Position numbers and translations under genes: made by a program
The notes under the pieces: generated by a model
The model's database searches: none
Told to the model about the DNA's origin: nothing
Seen by the model: only the letters and a program-made list of their open reading frames with translations
Shown: positions 37,104-44,368 of the stretch, in pieces
How positions within the stretch are numbered: the stretch's first letter is position 1
How the letters are laid out: every line of letters starts with the position of its first letter
Origin: an uncultured Gemmatimonadota bacterium
GTDB taxonomy: Bacteria > Blakebacterota > Blakebacteria > Blakebacterales > Blakebacteraceae
Direction: 5' to 3'
DNA length: 44,368 nucleotides
Assembly (NCBI GenBank): GCA_964576115.1
Contig: CAZNUA010000031.1
Coordinates: 1 to 44,368, forward strand

Positions 37104-38426
37104 ATGAGATCATTTCTCCCGCTTCTTTGGCTCGCCTGGCTGCTGGGTGGAGCTTCATCTCAGCAGTTGGTGGCGGAGTTCACCCTCGCTCCCGAAGAGG
37201 TTTTCCTCAACCAGCCGGTCGCGGTCGATCTCACCGGTAGGGACTACAATCGCGATGACGGCGAGCTGGCTCTCTACCGCCTCGAAGGATCCGACCGGGC
37301 TCTCATCCCTTCGCAGTTCGAGGACGGGCTCGCGCCCCGGCTCTGGTTCCTGCCCGCAGAGACTCTCGGGCCGGGGGATGAGGCCCGCTATGTGATCGTG
37401 AAGGTGCCGGGCAGGGGAACGCCCGCCGTCGCCCGCACAGCGCCGATGACCGCCCGGATCGGTTCCGAGAACATCAGCCTGCTGGCCGGAGACCGTGAGG
37501 TCCTGCGCTACCGGCAGGCGCTGATTGAAGCTCCGCCGGGGACCAACCCTCTCTACCGCCGCGAAGGAGCGTACATCCATCCTCTTTTCACCCCCTCGGG
37601 AAGCGTGCTGACAGCCATCCAGCCCGATGATCACTACCACCACTACGGGATCTGGAATCCCTGGACGCGGAGCGTTTTCGAGGGTCGGGAGGTGGATTTC
37701 TGGAACCTCGGCAGCGGGCAGGGGACGGTGCGGTTCGCCGGGCTCCTCTCGACTGTTTCCGGCGAGCTCTTCGCCGGTTTCAAGGTCCACCACGAGCATG
37801 TCGATCTGACTGCGCCTGGGATTGCCTCCAATCCCGATCCCGAACCCGCCTCCGGGACCGGCCGGACTGCCCTGAACGAGATCTGGGACGTGCGGAGCTG
37901 GCGGGTGGAGGTGGCCGGATCGCCGGCCTGGCTGATCGATTTCACTTTCACCCTGAGCTGTGCCACCCGGAGTCCGGTCGAACTCCCGGCTTACCGTTAC
38001 GGGGGGGGGATCGGTTTCCGGGCTACACACGAATGGACCAATCGGAACTCGACCGTGCTCACCAGCGAGGGATTGACTCGATCCGAAGCCGATGCGTCCT
38101 TCGCCCGCTGGTGCCGGATTGAGGGAGAGACCGCCCCGTCGGGGCGTTCGGGGGCGATCTTCATGAGCCATCCGGGCAATCGCGCTCATCCCGAACCGAT
38201 GCGGGTCTGGCCCGAGGATGCCAACGGCGGCCGGGGGGATCAGTTCTTCGAGTTCTGTCCCATCCGGCACGAAGCCTGGTTCCTCGAGCCCGGGCGGGAA
38301 TATGTTCTGCGGTACCGGGTGCTTGTGTACGATGGCGAAGTCGAGACGGGAATCATCGAGACCCTGTGGCGCAACTATGCCTTTCCGGTCCGACCGGTCT
38401 TCCGAAACGGGGAAAGGGAAAAATGA
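37104..38426 (+). CDS. DUF6807/PmoA-like-family exported protein (not methane monooxygenase)
   Basis: Start at ATG 37104 with a signal peptide; YIHPLFTPSGSVLT..PDDHYHHYGIW, VDFWN, YRYGGGIGFR, LRYRVLVYDG. Confidence 0.75.
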   Translation: MRSFLPLLWLAWLLGGASSQQLVAEFTLAPEEVFLNQPVAVDLTGRDYNRDDGELALYRLEGSDRALIPSQFEDGLAPRLWFLPAETLGPGDEARYVIVKVPGRGTPAVARTAPMTARIGSENISLLAGDREVLRYRQALIEAPPGTNPLYRREGAYIHPLFTPSGSVLTAIQPDDHYHHYGIWNPWTRSVFEGREVDFWNLGSGQGTVRFAGLLSTVSGELFAGFKVHHEHVDLTAPGIASNPDPEPASGTGRTALNEIWDVRSWRVEVAGSPAWLIDFTFTLSCATRSPVELPAYRYGGGIGFRATHEWTNRNSTVLTSEGLTRSEADASFARWCRIEGETAPSGRSGAIFMSHPGNRAHPEPMRVWPEDANGGRGDQFFEFCPIRHEAWFLEPGREYVLRYRVLVYDGEVETGIIETLWRNYAFPVRPVFRNGEREK

Positions 38427-39181
38427 AACACGTCCTGCTGCTCGCCGTCCTGCTCCTGCTCGTTCCCGCCTGCGCTCAGCGCGGCGATACGGTCGCGGGC
38501 GCAACGGTCCTGATCTACACCCGCAACGGCCCCGGCTACGTGCATGACAACATCGCCGCCAGTGTCGAGGCCCTCGAAGAAATCTGTGCCGGGCTGGGTA
38601 TCGAGACGGTTGTGACCGACTCCCCGGCCGTCTTCACACCCGAGCAGCTCGAGGCCTTCGACGCCGTCATTTTTTCCAATTCCAACAACGATGCCTTCAC
38701 CTCGCAGGCTCAGCGCGAGGCCTTTCAGGCTTTCATCCGTTCGGGCGGGGGCTTTGCCGGGATCCACTCCTCGAGCGGCTCGGAGCGCAACTGGCCCTGG
38801 TTCTGGGCCATGCAGGGGGGACTGTTCCGGCGCCATCCACCCCTGCAACCGTTCGACATACACGTCATCGATCCCGGACACATCTCGACCGCTCACCTTC
38901 CCGCGGTCTGGGCCTGGGAGGATGAGTGCTACTACACCCATCATCTCAATCCCGATATCCATGTCCTGCTGGCCGCCGACCTGAAAACAGTCGAGGACGC
39001 CGAGCGCGACGTCTACCCGGGCACGACCTTCGGTGACTACATCCCCCTGGCCTGGTGCCACACCTTCGACGGGGGTCGACAGTGGTATACGGCCCTGGGG
39101 CATAAGATCGAATACTACGCCGATCCTCTCTTCCGGGAGCATCTGCGGGGGGGGATCCTCTGGATTCTGGGCCGTGAGTGA
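38423..39181 (+). CDS. ThuA-domain (class I GATase-like fold) lipoprotein
   Basis: ATG 38423 overlaps the upstream stop; LVPAC lipobox; GYVHDNI, GGGFAGIHSS, DECY, GGRQWYTALGH, GGILW. Confidence 0.9.
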   Translation: MKHVLLLAVLLLLVPACAQRGDTVAGATVLIYTRNGPGYVHDNIAASVEALEEICAGLGIETVVTDSPAVFTPEQLEAFDAVIFSNSNNDAFTSQAQREAFQAFIRSGGGFAGIHSSSGSERNWPWFWAMQGGLFRRHPPLQPFDIHVIDPGHISTAHLPAVWAWEDECYYTHHLNPDIHVLLAADLKTVEDAERDVYPGTTFGDYIPLAWCHTFDGGRQWYTALGHKIEYYADPLFREHLRGGILWILGRE

Positions 39182-39274
39182 ACCTGTTACGGGATGTTTT
39201 GATGCGTCAGGAAAGAAAGAGAAAAGTAAAAGAAGATCGGGATGTATGAATAAAGAATAAAATGCAATCATTCG

Positions 39275-39314
39275 GTTTAAAGCAGCTTTAGACATTTTAA
39301 AGCTTGTTTAAGCC
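39275..39314. promoter_or_regulatory. Tandem operator-like palindromes in the AT-rich promoter region of the oxidoreductase-nagA-nagB operon
   Basis: gtttaaagcagctttagac (perfect core taaagc-a-gcttta) and a related ttaaagcttgtttaa exactly 20 bp downstream, followed by a TATGAT -10-like hexamer. Confidence 0.55.
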
Positions 39315-39363
39315 GTATGATGTGTTATTAGGTGAGTAAAAAAACATCAAGGCGGTAGAAGAC

Positions 39364-40740
39364 ATGAAAAGACGGACTTTTCTGAATTCCTCGGCGGTGG
39401 GCCTGGCCGGCTCGATGGCCCTGCCTACCCTTCTGACGGCCTGCGGTTCCGGCCGGCGGAGCCGGAACGGCATCATTCAGGTCGGCCAGATCGGTTGCGG
39501 CCGGATCGCCCGTTCCCACGACCTGCCCGAGACCATGAAGTACGACTCGGCCCGGGTGGTGGCCTGTGCCGACGTGGACATCAAGCGAGCCCGGGAGTGC
39601 AAGCAGTTGATCGAGGGCTGGTACGCCGAACACACGGGGGAGGAGAACCACGTCGAGGTGGCGGTCTACCAGGATTACCGGGAAATGCTCGAGGACCGCA
39701 GTATCGACGCCGTGATCATCTCCACCCCCGATCACTGGCACGCCCGCCCGGCGGTGGATGCCGCTCGGGCCGGTAAGGATATCTACCTGCAGAAGCCGGC
39801 CTCGCTCACCATCAGCGAAGGACGGATCATGTCCGATGCCGTGCAGGCCGCCGGCGTCATCTTCCAGGTGGGCAGCCAGCAGCGCTCGGTCAGCCCCTGG
39901 CCGCAGTTCAAGCGAGCCTGCGAGCTGGTCCGCAACGGCCGGATCGGGGATATCGTCGAGCTCTACATCGGTCTGCCCGGCGATCCCTCGGGGCCCGAGG
40001 AACCGGAGATGCCGGTCCCGCCGAACCTGAACTACGACATGTGGCTCGGTTCGACACCCGAGGTCTACTACACCGAGAAGCGGGTTCACCCGCAGCAGGG
40101 GTACGACCGGCCGGGCTGGCTGCGCTGCGAGCAGTTCGGGGCGGGCATGATCACCGGCTGGGGCGCCCACCACCTGGATACCGCTCACTGGGGCATGGAC
40201 ACCGAGTACACCGGCCCGATCGAGGTCGAGGCCGAAGCCGAATTCCCCACCAGCGGTCTCTGGAATGTGCACGGCGATTTCCAGGTCGAGGCGCGCTATG
40301 CCAACGGGGCGGTGATGCACGTCAGCGGTGCCTATCCCAACGGGGTGAAGTTCGTCGGTACCGAGGGCTGGATCTTCGTCGCCCGCGGCAACTATGCCGT
40401 CACGGCCAGCGATCCGGTCGCCCAGGAAGAGAACGCAAAGTCGCTCGACGCCAGCGATCCGGCCATCCTGGCCTCCGAGATCGGCCCTGACGAGATCCAC
40501 CTGCACCGCGCCGAGGAACAGCACGGCGACTGGCTCAACTCGATCCTGACCCGGGAGCCGCCGGTGGCGCCGGTCGAGGTGGCCCACCGCTCCTGCTCGG
40601 CCTGCCTGGTGAGCCACATCGCCATGAAATTGCCCCGCAAGTTGTCCTGGGATCCGCAGGCAGAGCGTTTCCGCGACGACGACGAGGCCAACGCCATGCT
40701 GACCCGTTCCCAGCGTTCCCCCTGGGGGCTGGAGGTATGA
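39364..40740 (+). CDS. Tat-exported Gfo/Idh/MocA-family oxidoreductase
   Basis: MKRRTFL signal; VGQIGCG, DAVIISTPDHWH, GKDIYLQKP, QVGSQQRS, WGAHHLD. Confidence 0.93.
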   Translation: MKRRTFLNSSAVGLAGSMALPTLLTACGSGRRSRNGIIQVGQIGCGRIARSHDLPETMKYDSARVVACADVDIKRARECKQLIEGWYAEHTGEENHVEVAVYQDYREMLEDRSIDAVIISTPDHWHARPAVDAARAGKDIYLQKPASLTISEGRIMSDAVQAAGVIFQVGSQQRSVSPWPQFKRACELVRNGRIGDIVELYIGLPGDPSGPEEPEMPVPPNLNYDMWLGSTPEVYYTEKRVHPQQGYDRPGWLRCEQFGAGMITGWGAHHLDTAHWGMDTEYTGPIEVEAEAEFPTSGLWNVHGDFQVEARYANGAVMHVSGAYPNGVKFVGTEGWIFVARGNYAVTASDPVAQEENAKSLDASDPAILASEIGPDEIHLHRAEEQHGDWLNSILTREPPVAPVEVAHRSCSACLVSHIAMKLPRKLSWDPQAERFRDDDEANAMLTRSQRSPWGLEV

Positions 40741-42340
40741 GGGTGAGGGAGAATAGACTCTCCCCCCGGCGCTCTTTGAGCTCTTTCGCCATCCCCGTCA
40801 TGGCGGCGCTCGTGCTCGCCGCGGCCGGGTGCGGCGGCGAGGCCGGGCGGGGGGGTAGGGGAAGCGAAGACANNNNNNNNNNNNNNNNNNNNNNNNNNNN
40901 NNNNNNNNNNNNNNNNNNNNNNNNNNNNNNNNNNNNNNNNNNNNNNNNNNNNNNNNNNNNNNNNNNNNNNNNGCCGCGGCCGGGTGCGGCGGCGAGGCCG
41001 GGCGGGGGGGTAGGGGAAGCGAAGACACTCTCCACCTGATCCAGCTCAATCCCGGTCACTTCCACGCCGGTCTGGTCCAGCAGAGGATGTACGAGAGGAT
41101 CGATCCCCTGGTCCGGGTTTATGCTCCCGCCGGCCCCGAACTGGAGGATTTCCTGGCCCGCATCGAGGCCTTCAACAACCGGACCCGGGAGCCGACCGCG
41201 TGGCGGATGGAGGTCTACCGGGGGCCCGATTACCTGGATCGGATGCTGGCCGAACAGGCCGGACAGGCCGGATCGGCAGGGCAGCATAGACGCATCCTGA
41301 TCACTGCCGGCAACAACGCCCGCAAGACCGAGTACATCCACCGGGCCGTCGCGGCCGGCCTGAATGTGCTGGCCGACAAACCGATGGTGATCACCCCCGG
41401 GAACTACCCCCTGCTGGTGGAGGCCTTTGCAATCGCCGAGGAGAACGGGGTGCTGCTCTGGGACATCATGACCGAGCGGTTCGAGATCACCAATCTGCTC
41501 CAGCGCGAGCTCTCGATGATTCCCGACCTCTTCGGCACCCTCGATCCGGGCCGCCCCGGCGAACCGTCGGTCACCAAGGAGAGCGTCCACCACCTCTTCA
41601 AGTACGTTTCCGGCACCCCCCTGACCCGCCCGGGCTGGTTCTTCGATGTCGGGCAGGAGGGGACCGGACTGGCCGACGTGGGCACCCACCTGGTCGATCT
41701 GATCCAGTGGGCGTGTTTCCCGGACGAGATCATCGACCCGGCCCGGATCGAGGTGCTCTCGGCCCGCGGCTGGACGACCGATCTGACGCTGGAACAGTAC
41801 ACCCGGGTCACCGGGCTGGCCGCCTTCCCCGATTTTCTCGATCCCTTCATCGAAGAGGGACGGCTGCGCTACCCCTGCAACGGGGAGATGACCTACCGGA
41901 TCAGGGGCATCGTCGCCCGCGTCTCGGTCGCCTGGAACTACGAGGCCCCCGAAGGGACCGGCGACACGCACTATTCCCTCATGCGGGGCACCGGCTGCGA
42001 ACTGATCATCAGACAGGGCGCCGACGAGGGGTATGAGCCGACGCTCTACATCGAAGCGCGGCACCAGAGCGATGACCTCGCCGCTCGTGTGGAGCGGGCC
42101 TTCACAGAGACCATCGCCCCGACATGGCCGGGTGTTGAAGCGGTCCGGCTCACCCCCCGCATCTGGCGGGTGGAAATCCCGGATGAGTACCGGGTCGGCC
42201 ATGAAGCCCACTTCGCCCAGGTGACCGAAGCCTATCTGCGCTACCTCGAGCAGGGCTCTCTGCCGGCCTGGGAAGTCCCGAACATGATCGCCAAATACCA
42301 CACCACCACGGCCGCGGTCGGCCTGATCGACTCCCGGTGA
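40737..42340 (+). CDS. Putative oxidoreductase lipoprotein (Gfo/Idh/MocA-like, Oxidoreduct_C type); spans the scaffold gap
   Basis: Collapsing the gap duplication gives one frame: ...LAAAGC...GSEDTLHLIQLNPGHFHAGLVQQRMY...; NVLADKP, DIMTERFE, KESVHH, DVGTHLVDL, GHEAHF. Confidence 0.85.
40818..41027. other. 100-N scaffold gap flanked by identical 55-bp contig-end overlap
   Basis: 40818-40872 equals 40973-41027; Ns at 40873-40972. Confidence 0.92.
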
Positions 42341-43575
42341 CTGCCGGGATGCAGACAGCACGTCTGGCTCTGGTCAACGGCCGGCTGGCTCTTCCCGACG
42401 GCATCGTCACCGGCCGGACGCTGATCGTGACGGGTGACCGGATCGCGGCTGTCACGGAGGGCGAGGAGCCGGGGCCGGGAGTCGAGCGCTTCGACCTCGG
42501 CGGGCGGCTCGTCACCCCGGGCCTGATCGACCTGCACCAGCACGGGGCCGGGGGACGCGGTTTCGATGAGACTGAGGACGAGGCGTGGCAGACGATCGCA
42601 GCTGAAAATGCCCGCCACGGCGTCACCACTGTCGTGGCCACCCTGGCCGCAGCACCTCTGCCCGATCTGATCGAGCGGCTGACCTTCGCCCGGGAATACC
42701 TGGGATCCGCGTCAGGCAGTGCGTCCGGTACGGTGTCCGGGGACGTGCCCGGCGGAGCCCGGATCGACGGGGTTCACCTCGAGGGCCCCTATCTGAATCC
42801 GGCCCAGGCCGGCGCCCTGGATCCCGATTGCCTGCGCCGGCCCGACGACGGCACGGCCGCCGAACTGCTCGCATTCACCGATATCATCCGCATGATGACC
42901 GTTGCTCCCGAACTGCCCGGAGCGCTGGAGCTGGTCGCCGAGCTCGCCGGGTGCGGGATCGTGCCTGCGGCCGGTCACAGCGATGCTCGTGACGAGGTCG
43001 TGGAGGCGGCCGTCGGGGCCGGTCTGCGCCATGTCATCCACCTCTGGAGTTGTCAGTCGAGTACCATCCGCGAGGGGCCGTGGCGCCGGCCGGGGCTGCT
43101 CGAAGCGGCCCTGGCCTCGGATGACCTGACGGCGGAGATTATCGCCGATGACCGGCACCTGCCGCCTACCCTGATGAAGCTGGCCTGGCGCTGTCTGGGA
43201 CCCGACCGGCTCTGTCTGGTCTCCGACGCGGTCGCCGGGGCGGGTCTGCCCGAGGGTTCCAGCTACACCGTTGCCGGCCGGGAGTACGAAGTCCGTGACG
43301 GGGTGGGGATGATGCCCGATGGAAGTGCCTTCGCGGGAAGTACGACCCTGCTCGATCGGATGCTCGGGATTGCGATCGACGAAGTGGGCCTGCCCCCGGC
43401 CGACGCGGTGCGTATGGCTACCCTGACTCCGGCCGCTGTGCTCGGCCTCGACGGTTCGCGGGGGGCTCTTGAGCCGGGATTCGTGGCCGACCTGGCCGTC
43501 TTCGAGGATGATTTCACCGCCTGGAGAACCATGATCGGCGGGCGGTGGGTGTTCTGCCGGGAGAGCGAGGCATGA
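42337..43575 (+). CDS. nagA: N-acetylglucosamine-6-phosphate deacetylase
   Basis: PGLIDLHQHG, GVHLEGPYL, TVAPELPG, AGHSDA, HLWS, IIADDRHL, LVSDA, FAGS, ADLAV. Confidence 0.88.
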   Translation: MTAGMQTARLALVNGRLALPDGIVTGRTLIVTGDRIAAVTEGEEPGPGVERFDLGGRLVTPGLIDLHQHGAGGRGFDETEDEAWQTIAAENARHGVTTVVATLAAAPLPDLIERLTFAREYLGSASGSASGTVSGDVPGGARIDGVHLEGPYLNPAQAGALDPDCLRRPDDGTAAELLAFTDIIRMMTVAPELPGALELVAELAGCGIVPAAGHSDARDEVVEAAVGAGLRHVIHLWSCQSSTIREGPWRRPGLLEAALASDDLTAEIIADDRHLPPTLMKLAWRCLGPDRLCLVSDAVAGAGLPEGSSYTVAGREYEVRDGVGMMPDGSAFAGSTTLLDRMLGIAIDEVGLPPADAVRMATLTPAAVLGLDGSRGALEPGFVADLAVFEDDFTAWRTMIGGRWVFCRESEA

Positions 43576-44368
43576 ATCCCCGGGCGATCCTCGAGACCGC
43601 GGTCGAGAATCTTCCCCTCGGCGTCTATGAGACAAATGAAGAGATGGGAGCGGCCGCCGCGAGCGAGGCGGCCGCAATCATCACCGCGGCGGTCGAGGCC
43701 CGGGGGCAGGCGGCGGTGATTGTCGCCGCCGGCAACTCCCAGCTGACCTTTCTGACCGCCCTGCGGGAGCTGCCGGAGATCCCCTGGGAGCGGGTGACTG
43801 TCTTCCACATGGATGAATACGTCGGCCTGCCCCCCGGCCACCCGGCCGGCTTTCCCGCCTTCCTGGAACGGCACCTGCTGCGGTACGTCACGCCGGCGGT
43901 CTTTCATCCCCTGCAGGCCCCGGCCGGAGATCTGGAAGCGGCCGGGCGCGACTACGCTGCCCTGCTCGGCGCTCACCCCGCCGATCTCTGCGCCCTGGGC
44001 ATCGGCGAGAACGGCCATCTCGCCTTCAACGATCCGCCCTTTGCCGACTTTTCCGATCCCGAGTGGGTCAAGGTCGTCGAACTGGACGAGGTCTCCCGAC
44101 GCCAGCAGGTGGGGGAGGGGCATTTCGCTGACCTGGATGAGGTTCCCACGCGCGCCCTGACCCTGACCATCCCGGCCCTGCTCGCCGCGCGCCGCATTCT
44201 CTGCATCGTGCCCGAAGCGCGCAAGGCAGCGGCGGTGGAGCGGGCCCTGACCGGGCCGGTCACAGAAGAGTGTCCGGCCTCGATCCTGCGCCGGCAGGCG
44301 CATGCCCGTCTCTACCTGGATGCCGACTCGGCCGGGACAGTCTATCCCGGTCTGCGGGACCGGAGTCC
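43572..44368 (+). CDS. nagB: Glucosamine-6-phosphate deaminase-family protein (runs off the window end; absent from the ORF track)
   Basis: Manual translation from ATG 43572 (overlaps the nagA stop): MNPRAIL...AAGNSQ...VFHMDEYVGL...LGIGENGHLAFNDPP...RRQQVGEGHF...ALTLTIP...CPASIL. No stop before 44368. Confidence 0.85.
   Translation, partial: MNPRAILETAVENLPLGVYETNEEMGAAAASEAAAIITAAVEARGQAAVIVAAGNSQLTFLTALRELPEIPWERVTVFHMDEYVGLPPGHPAGFPAFLERHLLRYVTPAVFHPLQAPAGDLEAAGRDYAALLGAHPADLCALGIGENGHLAFNDPPFADFSDPEWVKVVELDEVSRRQQVGEGHFADLDEVPTRALTLTIPALLAARRILCIVPEARKAAAVERALTGPVTEECPASILRRQAHARLYLDADSAGTVYPGLRDRS

Noticed and set aside
37104-38426. Methane monooxygenase implied by the PmoA family label
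   Set aside because: Soluble exported protein in a sugar cluster with no pmoB/pmoC; the family name is misleading.
40818-41027. 55-bp direct repeat as a biological repeat
   Set aside because: Flanks an N gap, and collapsing it restores the ORF; assembly overlap.
42702-42756. GSASGSASGTVSGDV low-complexity insert in NagA
   Set aside because: Short degenerate 12-bp loop expansion with no evident significance.

Overview
GC-rich bacterial scaffold window with one 100-N gap. Tandem PadR/duplicated orphan permease pairs and a FlgD-Ig C-terminal domain suggest an Acidobacteriota or FCB-group (Gemmatimonadota/Latescibacterota-like) heterotroph; this is inference only. Contents: many exported hydrolases (two C45 peptidases, S41, M14, beta-lactamase-type serine hydrolases, nucleoside-hydrolase-like, SGNH-like, GH127-like); three MacB/FtsX-type duplicated orphan permeases (ADOP), two with a PadR partner; a radical SAM/SPASM plus B12-radical SAM pair; an MNT-HEPN toxin-antitoxin module; a truncated AbiEii; several broken genes; and an amino-sugar catabolic cluster (DUF6807/PmoA-like, ThuA, two exported oxidoreductases, nagA, nagB-like). 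The most striking structure is that three separate gene modules are each bracketed by their own long direct repeat, and the three repeats are unrelated: padR-ADOP (35/40 bp), MNT-HEPN (111/112 bp) and a lone ADOP (25/27 bp). In two cases the repeat copies a terminus of the neighbouring gene. No integrase or transposase is present in the window. This suggests recurrent, host-gene-sparing cassette insertions of different ages. No rRNA, tRNA or CRISPR array was recognised.
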